Shown: positions 37,210 through 47,269, counted from the stretch's first letter. The stretch is DNA of 64,000 bases from Acidimicrobiia bacterium (GCA_041605955.1 JBFIXI010000002.1:19525-83524); one strand, 5' to 3'. Notes: a model not told the origin generated them from the letters alone. Made by a program: numbers and translations.

Positions 37210-38087
37210 GATTCGAGCCTAACCAGGGACCCGCCGCAGTATGCGGTCATGGCGGCGATGAAAGCGCGAGCTGGCGGCGCCACCGCGGGATCGGACCGGG
37301 CGGCGATGAGAACATCGCGCGTTGCTACGTCGTTCATCACTCGGTTGAGCGGGGTCTGGTCGGCCACATCGGGAGGCAGCACAGTGAGGCTCCCGGTCAG
37401 TGCGGCAAGCTCGCGCAACACCGCCGGATTGCCGCTTTCCACAGCCACCCGCGGCTCGATACCCGCTTCTGCCAGGCCGGCGTCGATGGCCGCTCGTGTC
37501 CTGGATCCGGTTGGATAGAGGGCCCAGGTCCGGTCGGATATGGGGCCCGGGTTCCCGTAGAGGTGCATCGGCTCCGTCGCCAAGAGAGCGGCCGCGGTCG
37601 TCCTAGTTGGGCCGATCATCACGGCAATATCGATCCGGAAGTCGACGAGTGCTTCCTCCAGTTCGTCGGAACCGGCAACCATGATTGACAGCTCGATCCC
37701 CGGGTGGTCGGCTCGAAACCGACTGAGTCGATCTCTGAAGAGGTAGAGCGCCGCGGCGTCTATGAGACCTAGCCGCAAGCGGCCGGTTCGTCCCGACCGT
37801 CGGCTGTCCAGATCGGCGGCGAGGCTCTCACTCTCGCCCAGCACCCGGCGGGCATAGCCGGCGACGAGCTCGCCGGCATCAGTGAGCCGGCGGCGCCGGC
37901 CGTCCCGCTCGAGCAGCCGTTCCCCGACGACCTGCTCCAGACGAGCTATACCCTGGGAAAGGGCACTCTGCGAGATCCCAATCAAGGCCGCGGCGTCGGC
38001 AAAAGTATCTCCCTCGGCGACGGCGTTGAAATAGCGGAGCTGCTGGAGCGTGAGCCCCTCGAACTCGAAGTAGTCGATGTCGAACAC
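37206..38087 (-). CDS. LysR-family transcriptional regulator
   Basis: HTH 'LQQLRYFNAVAEGDTFADAAALIGISQSALSQGIARLE' plus an LTTR substrate-binding domain. The ORF track extends to 38201 through the AT-rich intergenic region. The start is probably the GTG near 38087. Confidence 0.65.
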   Translation of the reverse strand: MFDIDYFEFEGLTLQQLRYFNAVAEGDTFADAAALIGISQSALSQGIARLEQVVGERLLERDGRRRRLTDAGELVAGYARRVLGESESLAADLDSRRSGRTGRLRLGLIDAAALYLFRDRLSRFRADHPGIELSIMVAGSDELEEALVDFRIDIAVMIGPTRTTAAALLATEPMHLYGNPGPISDRTWALYPTGSRTRAAIDAGLAEAGIEPRVAVESGNPAVLRELAALTGSLTVLPPDVADQTPLNRVMNDVATRDVLIAARSDPAVAPPARAFIAAMTAYCGGSLVRLES

Positions 38088-38097
38088 GGAGAACACT

Positions 38098-38117
38098 ATA
38101 TAAGAGTTTCTTATATA
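38098..38117. promoter_or_regulatory. Candidate LTTR operator: a perfect 9-bp inverted repeat TATATAAGA-gtt-TCTTATATA (T-N11-A core) in an AT-rich island
   Basis: Read directly. It lies in the divergent region between the LysR gene and the inositol-3-phosphate synthase gene. The local AT content contrasts sharply with the roughly 70% GC surroundings. Confidence 0.45.
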
Positions 38118-38192
38118 TAACTTCAGAAACATTCGCTTGTCCGATCGAACGGCCTCGCGTAGGTTTCTTGATGTGCTACTGAAAGGAAGGAC

Positions 38193-39425
38193 GTGAACCA
38201 AGCTCCCGCCGGCAAGCTGCGCATCCTAACCCCGGGCCTCGGGGCCGTGGCGTCAACGTTCATGGCCGGCGTGCTGCTGGCTCGGCGCGATCTTGCCAAG
38301 CCGATCGGGTCACTGACGGAGTACGCCCACATCGACGACGAGCCGCTGCAGTCGCTCGTAGCCGGCCTCGACGACATCTTGTTCGGCGCCTGGGACATCT
38401 ACGACGAATCGGCATATGAGGTAGCGGCTCGCTCAGGCGTACTCTCGCCGGCGCATCTGGCGGCGGTGGAAGACGAGCTACGCGACATTCGGCCGCGCCA
38501 AGGAGTGTTCGACCCGCGCTGGGTCAAAGCGCTCGACGACGCCAATCACGTCAAGCGAGGCGACAACCTCATGGAGCTGGCCGATCAGCTGAGCGCCGAT
38601 ATCGAATCCTTCCGGCTGGCCGGCGAGCGGCTGGTCATGATCTGGTGCGGCTCCACCGAGGCGTATCACGAGCCGACGGAGGTCCATCGAGATCTGGACG
38701 CGTTCGAACGCGGCCTCAAGGCCAACGATCCGGCCATCGCCCCCAGCCAGGTCTACGCATACGCCGCGGTGCGGGCCGGCGTTCCATTCGCCAACGGAGC
38801 GCCCAACCTCACGCTGGACTTCCCGGCACTCGTCGAGTTGGCCGAGCTGCACGACGTGCCAATTGCGGGCAAGGACTTCAAAACCGGCCAGACGCTGATC
38901 AAGACCATCCTGGCGCCGGGACTTCGGTCTCGCCAGATCGGAGTGCGGGGATGGTTCTCCACCAACATCCTGGGGAACCGGGACGGGGAGGTGCTCGATC
39001 ACCCCGACAACTTCAGAACCAAAGAGGCGTCCAAGCTCGGGGTGCTCGATTCGCTACTGGAGCCGGCGCGTAATCCGGACCTGTACGGCGACATCACCCA
39101 CGAAGTGCGAATCCACTACTACCCGCCGCGGGGTGACGACAAAGAGGGTTGGGACAACGTCGACATCTTCGGCTGGCTGGATTACCCCATGCAGATCAAG
39201 GTCAATTTCCTGTGCCGCGACAGCATCTTGGCAGCGCCGATCGTGCTCGACCTGGCGCGGTTGCTGGACCTGGCCGCCCGCAAGGGCCACGCAGGGGTGC
39301 AGGACTGGCTCGGCTACTACTTCAAGAGCCCACAGGTAGCGGCCGCCGGCGCCCGGGTGGAGCATGACCTGTTCCGCCAGGAGCGGCTCATGTTCGATCA
39401 GATCGCCAAGCTGGCGGCCGGCTGA
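38193..39425 (+). CDS. Inositol-3-phosphate synthase (myo-inositol-1-phosphate synthase family)
   Basis: About 410 aa MIPS-family protein, with NAD-binding and catalytic regions ('GSTEAY', 'NGAPNLT', 'DFKTGQT'). Confidence 0.65.
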   Translation: MNQAPAGKLRILTPGLGAVASTFMAGVLLARRDLAKPIGSLTEYAHIDDEPLQSLVAGLDDILFGAWDIYDESAYEVAARSGVLSPAHLAAVEDELRDIRPRQGVFDPRWVKALDDANHVKRGDNLMELADQLSADIESFRLAGERLVMIWCGSTEAYHEPTEVHRDLDAFERGLKANDPAIAPSQVYAYAAVRAGVPFANGAPNLTLDFPALVELAELHDVPIAGKDFKTGQTLIKTILAPGLRSRQIGVRGWFSTNILGNRDGEVLDHPDNFRTKEASKLGVLDSLLEPARNPDLYGDITHEVRIHYYPPRGDDKEGWDNVDIFGWLDYPMQIKVNFLCRDSILAAPIVLDLARLLDLAARKGHAGVQDWLGYYFKSPQVAAAGARVEHDLFRQERLMFDQIAKLAAG

Positions 39426-39462
39426 AGCCGGCTCGCCACTCGGCGGGACATGCGCGTTGCGA

Positions 39463-40590
39463 TCAGCCGCCGAGGCGCTCTGCCACGTAGTCGATTGCAC
39501 CCGTCAAGATGTCCACGTCACCCGGCTCCACGTTGGGGAAGCAGGCGACCCGCAACTGGTTGCGGCCGAGCTTGCGATAGCCGAAGGTATCGACCACGCC
39601 GTTGGCCCGTAGCACTGCTTCCACGGTGTCGGCGTCGATCGTGTCCACCAGATCGATCGTCACGGTGGTCGGGGAGCGCAAAACGGGGTCGGTGACGAAC
39701 GGGTTGGCGATCGGGCTCGATTCGGCCCATTCGTAGATCGTGGTGGACGACGCGGCGGCCCGCTTGATGCCCCAATCCAAGCCGCCGTTGCTGAGCATCG
39801 TTTCGATCTGCTGCGCCAGCAGGAAGAGGGTCGCTATGGCCGGCGTGTTGTAGGTCTGGTTCTTACGTGAGTTGTCGAGCGCGGTCTTCAGGTTGAGGAA
39901 TGGAGGTATCCACCTATCGGATGCGGCCAGACGCTCGATGCGGTCGATAGCGGCAGGGGAGCAGATAGCCAGCCACAACCCGCCGTCGGCCCCGAAGGCT
40001 TTCTGCGGAGAGAAGTAGTAGACGTCGTAGTGGGCGTTGTCGACCGCGATGGCTCCGGCCGCAGATGTGGCGTCGACGAGCATCAGACCCTCGCCGTCGG
40101 CGGGGCGGGCTACCGGCAGGGTCACCCCGGTCGACGTCTCGTTGTGGATGAGTGCATAGGCATCGACCGAAGCGTCGGCGACCAACGAGGCGCCGGCGCC
40201 GTAGTCGCCCGCAATCACTTGGGGATCGGCGAGATGAGGTGCCCCGGCGGTGACCGCGGCGAACTTCGCCGAGAACTCGCCGATTGCCACGTGTTGGCTG
40301 CGGTGTTCGATGAGACCGAAAGCGGCAGCATCCCAGAAGGCGGTGGCTCCGCCGTTTCCCAGCACCACCTCGAAACGCTCACCGATCCCGTACAGGTCGG
40401 CGAGGCCCTCTTGAACCGCGGCTACTACCCGGCGAACTGCGGGTTGACGGTGGCTGGTGCCCATCAGGGAGCTTCCACTGGCGGCAAGCGCATCCAGGCT
40501 CGCCACCAGCACCTTGGAGGGTCCGGAACCGAACCGTCCATCGCTCGGCAGCAGGTCGGCAGGAAGCTTGATATCGGGAAGATCGGTCAT
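39463..40590 (-). CDS. serC: Phosphoserine aminotransferase (actinobacterial SerC type)
   Basis: 'DGRFGSGPSKV' N-terminus and an aminotransferase class V fold. Confidence 0.8.
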   Translation of the reverse strand: MTDLPDIKLPADLLPSDGRFGSGPSKVLVASLDALAASGSSLMGTSHRQPAVRRVVAAVQEGLADLYGIGERFEVVLGNGGATAFWDAAAFGLIEHRSQHVAIGEFSAKFAAVTAGAPHLADPQVIAGDYGAGASLVADASVDAYALIHNETSTGVTLPVARPADGEGLMLVDATSAAGAIAVDNAHYDVYYFSPQKAFGADGGLWLAICSPAAIDRIERLAASDRWIPPFLNLKTALDNSRKNQTYNTPAIATLFLLAQQIETMLSNGGLDWGIKRAAASSTTIYEWAESSPIANPFVTDPVLRSPTTVTIDLVDTIDADTVEAVLRANGVVDTFGYRKLGRNQLRVACFPNVEPGDVDILTGAIDYVAERLGG

Positions 40591-40648
40591 GGATGCAGAT
40601 GGTTAGGGTGGGCGATCAGAGGCTAATGCGCTGAGGAGAGTAACAACC

Positions 40649-41854
40649 ATGTCAGCTGGGTCCCACGAGCTGTCACAGCGTGCCAGCGAGCTCGCCGAGT
40701 CGGCAACGCTGGCCATCACGACTCGCGCCGCCGCACTCAGGGCGGCCGGCCACGACGTGATCGGCTTTGGGGCCGGCCAACCCGACTTTCCCACCCCAGC
40801 TCCGATCATCGCGGCGGCGGCCGCCGCCGCCGCCGAGAAGCGGAATCACGGCTACACGCCGGCCGGGGGCCTGCCCGAGTTCCGCGAAGCGATCGCCGCC
40901 AAGACCATCCGCGACTCGGGGTTCGATGTGTCGGCCTCCGAAGTCGTGGTGACCAACGGCGGCAAGCACGCTGTATATGCCACTTGCCAAGTGTTGCTGA
41001 ATCCGGGCGACGAGGTCTTGCTGCCGTCGCCTTTCTGGGTGTCTTATCCGGAGTCCGTGCGGCTGGCCGGGGGAGTGCCAGTGCCGGTGGTCACCGATGC
41101 CGGCAGCGGCTTTCAGGTGTCGATCGATCAGCTCGAGGCCGCCTGCACAGATCGGACGAAGCTGCTCATCTTCGTCTCTCCCTCGAACCCGACCGGAGCC
41201 GTCTATTCCCCAGAGGCAGTGGCCGCCGTCGGGGCTTGGGCGGCCGAGCGGGAAATCTGGGTGATGACGGACGAGATCTACGAGCACCTGGTCTACGGCG
41301 AGGCGCGCCATGTCTCGATGCCGGTGGTGGCGCCCGAGATACGCGACCGTTGTGTTGTCGTCAATGGGTGCTCCAAGACCTATGCCATGACGGGGTGGCG
41401 GGTCGGTTGGCTGATCGGCCCCCAGGAGGTGGCCGCGGCGGCGATCCGTCTGCAGTCCCACATGACGTCGAATGTCTCCAACGTGGCGCAGTGCGCCGGC
41501 TTGGAGGCGGTGGTCGGCGGGCTCGAGGCGGTCGCCGAGATGAAGCTGGCGTTCGATCGGCGACGCCGGACGATGCACCGGATGCTGAACGAGATCGGCG
41601 GCGTGGACTGTCTAGAACCGGAAGGGGCGTTCTACGCCTTTCCGTCCGTGACGGGTCTGCTCAATCGGCCGCTGGGAGGCGGGCGGACCGCAGCTACCTC
41701 GGCGGAGCTAGCCACCCTCGTGCTGGAGGAGGCCAAAGTGGCGTTCGTGCCCGGCGAGGCCTTCGGGGCTCCTGGCTACGCCCGCTTCTCCTTTGCGCTC
41801 GGTGACGACGACCTGGTGGAGGGTCTCAGCCGGATCGCCAAGCTCGCCCAGTAG
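40649..41854 (+). CDS. Aspartate/aromatic aminotransferase (PLP-dependent, class I)
   Basis: 'GQPDFPTP', 'NPTG', and the '[16 protein letters not shown]' PLP-lysine region. Confidence 0.8.
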   Translation: MSAGSHELSQRASELAESATLAITTRAAALRAAGHDVIGFGAGQPDFPTPAPIIAAAAAAAAEKRNHGYTPAGGLPEFREAIAAKTIRDSGFDVSASEVVVTNGGKHAVYATCQVLLNPGDEVLLPSPFWVSYPESVRLAGGVPVPVVTDAGSGFQVSIDQLEAACTDRTKLLIFVSPSNPTGAVYSPEAVAAVGAWAAEREIWVMTDEIYEHLVYGEARHVSMPVVAPEIRDRCVVVNGCSKTYAMTGWRVGWLIGPQEVAAAAIRLQSHMTSNVSNVAQCAGLEAVVGGLEAVAEMKLAFDRRRRTMHRMLNEIGGVDCLEPEGAFYAFPSVTGLLNRPLGGGRTAATSAELATLVLEEAKVAFVPGEAFGAPGYARFSFALGDDDLVEGLSRIAKLAQ

Positions 41855-41869
41855 CTCGGCCGCGGCGGC

Positions 41870-43063
41870 TCAGCTGCCGCCCAGCCAGCCGATCACCCCG
41901 GCCCACTCCTTCGAGTCCGGATCGAGCATTCCAAAGTGGTCCGCGCCCCGGTGGACTTGGATGACGACGTCGTCGCCTGCGGCGTGGGCCGCCGCCACAT
42001 ATGCCTGGGACATAGCAAGTGGCACGCGATCGTCGTGATCGCCGTGGACGATGAGCTGAGTGGCCCCCAGCGGGAGCAACTCGATCGGGGACGATGTCCG
42101 GTAGCGCTCCGGCCCGTCGGCGGGAGAGCGGCGCAGAAAACTCTCGACGGCGCCATCGTCTAGATGGAGCCGGTGCGCCTCGGCGAGATCGGCAACCGGC
42201 GCCAAAGCCACCACCCGGGTCGGTATGACAGCCGCTTCGGTGGCGGATTGGTCGTCGTGAAGGCGGGGCCGGACTGCGCTCCACAACGCCAGCTGTCCGC
42301 CGGCTGAGTGCCCGATGGCGACGACGTCGGTCAAATCCAGGTTGTGTGCTCCGGCGAGCTCCGCGAGATGGTCACATGCTTCCGCTACGTCCTCCATGGT
42401 CACGGGCCAGCCGCCACCGCTGCCCACGCGGTGATACTCGACGTTCCACGTCGCCCATCCTCTGCTGTGCAGGTCGACGGCGAGCTGGTCCATCAGATCG
42501 AGCGTCCAGACATCGTGCCAGAAACCCCCGTGGAGCAAGATGGCTACCGGGTGCGGGCCGCCGTGGGGCGGCACGCGCAGTTCACCGTATTGGCTGTCCG
42601 CCGAACCGTAGGCGAGGCGTTGCGCGGGGACGGCAGTCGTTGCCGCAATGCGGCGCAGCGCGTCGTAGTAGCCCCGCAGGCCTCGTCCGTAGATCTGGTG
42701 GTCGGCGGCGACGCCGGTGACGGAGCGACGCCGCCACGGCTCTCGCGCCCGAATGTTGGAGATGTGGACTTCGACCGTCAGCTTGTCGACGGCGACGAGC
42801 GCGTCGTAGAGGGCGTAGCTGTAATGCGAGAGGGCCCCCGGGTTGATGAGCACTGCGTCGGCCTCGGCGCGGCCGCCATGCAGGGCGTCGATCAGCGCTC
42901 CCTCGTGATTGCTCTGGAAGAAGCTGCACTCGAGACCGAGTTGCTCGGCCCATGCCGTGATCTGGTTTTCCAGCTCGGCGAGCGTTGTCGAGCCGTATAC
43001 CTCGGGCTGGCGAGTACCCAGCAGATTCAAGTTGGGCCCGTGGACCACCAGGACATGTGCCAT
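41870..43063 (-). CDS. aroQ: Fusion protein: an N-terminal type II 3-dehydroquinate dehydratase (AroQ) joined to a C-terminal alpha/beta-hydrolase (esterase/lipase-like)
   Basis: The N-terminal roughly 145 aa ('VLVVHGPNLNLLGTRQPEVYG...NPGALSHYSYAL...HISN') match type II DHQase. The C-terminal roughly 250 aa carry 'HGGFW' and GHSAGG (GxSxG) plus downstream Asp/His. It is a single uninterrupted ORF. Confidence 0.7.
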   Translation of the reverse strand: MAHVLVVHGPNLNLLGTRQPEVYGSTTLAELENQITAWAEQLGLECSFFQSNHEGALIDALHGGRAEADAVLINPGALSHYSYALYDALVAVDKLTVEVHISNIRAREPWRRRSVTGVAADHQIYGRGLRGYYDALRRIAATTAVPAQRLAYGSADSQYGELRVPPHGGPHPVAILLHGGFWHDVWTLDLMDQLAVDLHSRGWATWNVEYHRVGSGGGWPVTMEDVAEACDHLAELAGAHNLDLTDVVAIGHSAGGQLALWSAVRPRLHDDQSATEAAVIPTRVVALAPVADLAEAHRLHLDDGAVESFLRRSPADGPERYRTSSPIELLPLGATQLIVHGDHDDRVPLAMSQAYVAAAHAAGDDVVIQVHRGADHFGMLDPDSKEWAGVIGWLGGS

Positions 43064-43110
43064 TGCTGCCAGAGGCTACGGCGGGGCGCCGACCCCTACA
43101 ACAAGGCGGT

Positions 43111-43890
43111 TCATCCTGCGGTCGGGATCGAATCCGGGACCGGTACGAGATGCTCCGGCAGCAGCGCTTTGGCCTCGTTCACAACCGCGGTAGACAATGT
43201 TGCCGGCGTGACCGGGGCCAGAGCTTCGAGCTCGGCGACGATTGCCGACACGACCGCAGCGACAGTCAGCTGAGGCTGTTGATCCGTCAAGGCTCCCGTG
43301 GCGCTCGGGTCGAACTCCAGCCCCAGTGCGCGGTACACGGGATGGAGGGCCCGATTCACCTCGGCGGCGCCATTCACGACGATCACGCCGCCTACGTGAG
43401 CCGCCCGCCGCGCCAGGCGCTGGCCCACCCCCATGACCTTGCGGCCTCCAGAGTGGTGAACGCTGAAGCGTCCCGGACAGTATTCGCCGGGAATCTCACC
43501 AATTGCGGCGGCCACTCCCACCCGGCCAAACGCCCGCACCAACAGCTCAGACAAGCCGACGAACCCTTCCTGGATCCGAGCGCGCGGATCGTCAATGGCT
43601 CGAGTCCAGCTGAAAGCCAGTGTTTCCTCGTGGAACACGGCGGCGCGGCCCCCGGCAAGGCGCAGCAGCGGCGTATAGTCCATGTCGCGAGCGGCCGCGG
43701 CGGCAATGGCAAACCCGGGCGATATGGCGTCGCGCTTCCCGAAGGCGAGCACGCGACCCGGCGAGTAGATACGAAACGTCTCGCCGAGCCGCTCCGCCGA
43801 CACGGCCCGCAGCAGGGCGCGGGCCAGGGTGGTGTCGAGCCCGGGAACGGCGGGAAACGAATCCATGACGAGGCTGATGTGGCGGCTCAT
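43111..43890 (-). CDS. Lipoate-protein ligase/octanoyltransferase-family (BPL/LPL catalytic domain) protein
   Basis: LplA/LipB-like pattern ('RRATGGGAV'-equivalent 'RLAGGRAAVFHEE', lysine region). Confidence 0.5.
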   Translation of the reverse strand: MSRHISLVMDSFPAVPGLDTTLARALLRAVSAERLGETFRIYSPGRVLAFGKRDAISPGFAIAAAAARDMDYTPLLRLAGGRAAVFHEETLAFSWTRAIDDPRARIQEGFVGLSELLVRAFGRVGVAAAIGEIPGEYCPGRFSVHHSGGRKVMGVGQRLARRAAHVGGVIVVNGAAEVNRALHPVYRALGLEFDPSATGALTDQQPQLTVAAVVSAIVAELEALAPVTPATLSTAVVNEAKALLPEHLVPVPDSIPTAG

Positions 43891-43897
43891 GGCCGAA

Positions 43898-43936
43898 CCC
43901 TATACCTGGGCCCTATACCTAGGCCCTATACCTGGG
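43898..43936. repeat. 13-bp tandem repeat CCCTATACCTRGG, 3 copies, in a divergent intergenic region
   Basis: Read directly. Each unit contains the -10-like hexamer TATACC. Confidence 0.75.
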
Positions 43937-43940
43937 CGCC

Positions 43941-44702
43941 GTGACCGCCTGTCTCGGATCAGCCGGGATTGCGGCGAGGCGTCGGTATCCTGGGGCCGTG
44001 CACTTCTCCACAACCACTGGAACATTGTGGCGCGCCGCGCTCGCCGGTGCCGTGTTGGTAGCCGGGCTCACCGCGTGCGGCGACACGGGTTTGCTCGACG
44101 GGCTGGGAGGGCGCACCCAGACCGCGGTGCTCGGCGAAGTCTCGACGACGTCGACCATACCGATCGTCGTCGGCGAGGACGATACGCTCGGTGTGGTCCT
44201 CGCCTCCGACGTGGCCTGGTGGAACGACAACATCGAAGGCGAAGCGACCGGTGAGAAGAACTACATTGTCGCACGAGTTTGGGAGCGCAACCCCCATCAG
44301 CGCTTTCATCAGGCGAGCCGGCTCGAGATCGTTCAGGCAATTCCCAACATCGGCTTTCCAGGAATCGTCCCGGAAGACGTCCGGTTCATCACCAGCCAGC
44401 TGGTCTACGACACTGCGTCCGCGACTCTCGATGCCGAGTTCTCGGCTGCGTTCGGATTGTGGCCGGTGGAGCCCTACACCGTCCAAGACGCCAGCCTCGC
44501 AGTCCTGCGCGTGGGCGACGCCGATGAGTTTCGGATCGACGGCATCGTCGCCGATGTGGTGAACGACGGCCTCAGCCTCAGCTGGACGGCGGGCCAACAC
44601 CGGTACGAGTTGTTCTGTCGGACGGGCGTCAACGACGAGTTGTGCTGGCAGATGGCAGAGTCGACAGTGAACCTGACGTCGCTGTTGCCCACGACCACTT
44701 AG
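43941..44702 (+). CDS. Hypothetical lipoprotein
   Basis: 'LAGAVLVAGLTACGD' lipobox. The true start is probably a downstream GTG/TTG at about 43999-44030. Confidence 0.4.
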   Translation: MTACLGSAGIAARRRYPGAVHFSTTTGTLWRAALAGAVLVAGLTACGDTGLLDGLGGRTQTAVLGEVSTTSTIPIVVGEDDTLGVVLASDVAWWNDNIEGEATGEKNYIVARVWERNPHQRFHQASRLEIVQAIPNIGFPGIVPEDVRFITSQLVYDTASATLDAEFSAAFGLWPVEPYTVQDASLAVLRVGDADEFRIDGIVADVVNDGLSLSWTAGQHRYELFCRTGVNDELCWQMAESTVNLTSLLPTTT

Positions 44703-44856
44703 CGGCCCGGCGCGCCAATCTGGGCTCCACAGCGACCTAAGCTCGGGACGGCTTCCAATAACGGGCTCGAAGGAGGTTGGCATTTTCCATTCCGGCGGAT
44801 GGTGGTCCTATGTCCGCTTCGACGAGGACCAAGATCGTCCCGAGGTCGACCGGGCC

Positions 44857-46689
44857 TTGCTGCGGCGTGTCATTGCTTATGGGCGGCCATACAAGTGGCT
44901 GATTGGGCTCGTGTTCGTCACGATCCTGGTGATCACCGGCCTCAGCTTGGTGCCTCCGCTGCTGATGCGGGCCCTGATCGACGACGCCATTCCGGCCAAA
45001 GACATCGGATGGGTGACCGGGTTGGGCATCGCCATGGTCGCAGTGCCTCTCGTGAGCGGCGCTGCCGGGGTGCTGCAACGGTGGGCATCGGCCTTCATCG
45101 GTGAGGGCATCATCTACGACTTGCGCTGCCAGCTCTACAGCCACCTGCAGCGGATGTCGCTGGGCTTCTACACCTCGACGCGGACCGGCGAGCTGATGAG
45201 CCGCCTCAACAACGATGTAGTCGGTGCCCAGCAAGCGGTGACCGGCACGTTCGTGACTCTGGTCTCCAATTCGGTTGCAGTGGTTGCCGTGCTCGTGATC
45301 ATGCTGCGCCTCCAGTGGCTGCTCACGCTGCTGGCGGTGGCGATCCTGCCTCTGTTCATAATCGCCTCCCGCCAGGTGGGCCGAGTGCTGCGCGCCGTGC
45401 GCCGCAAGCAGATGGAGCACAACGCGGCAATGAGCGCTCACATGCAGGAGACGCTCTCGGTGTCGGGGGCGCTGCTCGTCAAGCTGTTTGCTCGCGGCAA
45501 CTACGAGGAGGGCCGTTTCGCCGGGCATGCTGCTCACGTGCGGGATCTAGGGGTCCGTCAGGCGATCATCGGACGCTGGTTCTTCATGGCGCTGGGGCTC
45601 GCCAGCGCTATCGGCACCGCCGCCGTGTTCTGGACGGGAGCCGTGATGGTGATCAACGAGACGTTGACCGTGGGCACCATCGTGGCGCTCTCTGCCTACC
45701 TCACGCAGCTCTACGGACCGCTGTCGGGCTTGTCGAACGCTCGGGTGGAGTTCGCAACTTCGCTGGTCTCGTTCGAGCGAGTGTTCGAAGTGCTCGACTT
45801 GCCGCTCGACGTGAGCCAGCCCGTCAATCCGACTCCGATGCCGGCCATGCAGGGCGCCGTCGAGTTCCGCAACGTTTCCTTCTCGTACGGAGCCGGCAAC
45901 ACGGGAGGTCTCGAATCGATCCGCCGCTATACCTGGAGCGGCGTTACCGAAGGGGACGGCGGAGAGCGTCTTGCGGCGCCGTCCGGTCTGGCACTGCGCG
46001 ATGTTTCCTTTCGCGTCGAGCCCGGCGACCTCGTTGCCCTCGTTGGGCCTTCCGGAGCGGGCAAGACGACCACGACCTATCTCGTTCCTCGGCTCTACGA
46101 CGCCACCGCGGGGACGGTGCTCGTGGACGGGCACGATGTGCGCCGATGGGATCTCGCCCAGCTGGCGCGCGGCATCGGGGTCGTTACGCAGGAGTCGTAC
46201 TTGTTCCACGACACCATCGCCGCCAATCTGAGCTACGCCAATCCCGACGCGTCGATGGCCGAGATCGAAGCGGCTGCGGCGACTGCCAACATCGCGGAGT
46301 TCATCGAGGGGCTTCCACTCGGCTACCAGACGGTGGTCGGCGAGCGGGGTTACCGCCTCTCCGGGGGGGAGAAGCAGCGCATCGCCATCGCCCGGGTGGT
46401 GCTCAAGGATCCGCGAATCCTGATCCTCGACGAGGCAACGTCCCACCTCGACGCCCAGTCCGAGACCATGATCCAAGAGGCGCTGGAGAGAGTGATGCAC
46501 GGCCGTACGTCGCTGGTGATCGCCCACCGCCTGTCGACCATCCTGTCCGCTGACCGGATTCTCGTGCTCAGCGGAGGTCGCTTGGTCGAGGAGGGAACCC
46601 ACGAAGACCTGTTGGCCCACGGGGGGCTGTATGCGGACCTGTACCGAACTCAGTTTCGTGCCGTCGAGGCGGGCTTTGCCGAGGCTTAG
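44857..46689 (+). CDS. ABC transporter fused permease/ATP-binding protein (type I exporter, MsbA-like)
   Basis: 6-TM exporter domain plus Walker A 'GPSGAGKTT', 'LSGGEKQRIAIAR' and 'LILDEATS'. TTG start. Confidence 0.75.
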   Translation: MLRRVIAYGRPYKWLIGLVFVTILVITGLSLVPPLLMRALIDDAIPAKDIGWVTGLGIAMVAVPLVSGAAGVLQRWASAFIGEGIIYDLRCQLYSHLQRMSLGFYTSTRTGELMSRLNNDVVGAQQAVTGTFVTLVSNSVAVVAVLVIMLRLQWLLTLLAVAILPLFIIASRQVGRVLRAVRRKQMEHNAAMSAHMQETLSVSGALLVKLFARGNYEEGRFAGHAAHVRDLGVRQAIIGRWFFMALGLASAIGTAAVFWTGAVMVINETLTVGTIVALSAYLTQLYGPLSGLSNARVEFATSLVSFERVFEVLDLPLDVSQPVNPTPMPAMQGAVEFRNVSFSYGAGNTGGLESIRRYTWSGVTEGDGGERLAAPSGLALRDVSFRVEPGDLVALVGPSGAGKTTTTYLVPRLYDATAGTVLVDGHDVRRWDLAQLARGIGVVTQESYLFHDTIAANLSYANPDASMAEIEAAAATANIAEFIEGLPLGYQTVVGERGYRLSGGEKQRIAIARVVLKDPRILILDEATSHLDAQSETMIQEALERVMHGRTSLVIAHRLSTILSADRILVLSGGRLVEEGTHEDLLAHGGLYADLYRTQFRAVEAGFAEA

Positions 46690-46696
46690 CTTGCTG

Positions 46697-47269
46697 ATGG
46701 CCCTGGTGGCAGCCGCGATGGCGTGCAGCTCCAGCCCGCCGCTACCGGCGGCGGAGTACTTCTCGGTGGTAGAGGAGGAGCTGATACGGCTGGACCAGGC
46801 CACCAAGGACCTGACCGACCGTTACGCACTGGAGCTGGACAAGGAGATCGAGCTGCTGGTTGCCACGAGGGAAGCCGAGAGCGGCGAGCCGGCCGACGGG
46901 GTGCTCGACGCCATCGTCGACGTCGCCCGCGCCAAGATGCAGGCGATCATCTCGGCCCACACCGGCCAAGTCGACCTGTTCACCGAGCGCATCGGCGGAC
47001 TCATCCCGCCAGATGCGGTATCCAGCAGTCATCAGGAGTTGGTGGCGTCCTTCGCTACTTGGGCGAGCACCGCGGAAGCGACACTGCTCCAACTCGAGAC
47101 CGCCGCCGGGCTCGGCGAACTGGCGGCGGCGCTGACCGCCTCGCCCTATGCCGACGCTCAGCTGCGGGTGGATCAAGCTTGCCGGGCGTTGATCGCCAAC
47201 GCAGCAGGAGCCGGGATCGAGCTGTCATGCCCCGGCGCCCGGGTCGAGATGTTGGCGGTGGCCCCATGA
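46697..47269 (+). CDS. Hypothetical lipoprotein (coiled-coil-rich)
   Basis: 'MALVAAAMACSS' signal and lipobox. The ORF track start at 46631 overlaps the ABC gene. I chose the internal Met. Confidence 0.4.
   Translation: MALVAAAMACSSSPPLPAAEYFSVVEEELIRLDQATKDLTDRYALELDKEIELLVATREAESGEPADGVLDAIVDVARAKMQAIISAHTGQVDLFTERIGGLIPPDAVSSSHQELVASFATWASTAEATLLQLETAAGLGELAAALTASPYADAQLRVDQACRALIANAAGAGIELSCPGARVEMLAVAP

Noticed and set aside
44770-45104. GAAGGAGG Shine-Dalgarno followed by a 101-aa ORF (44799..45104)
   Set aside because: The spacing to the ATG is about 21 nt, which is too long. The ORF lies out of frame inside the well-supported ABC exporter gene
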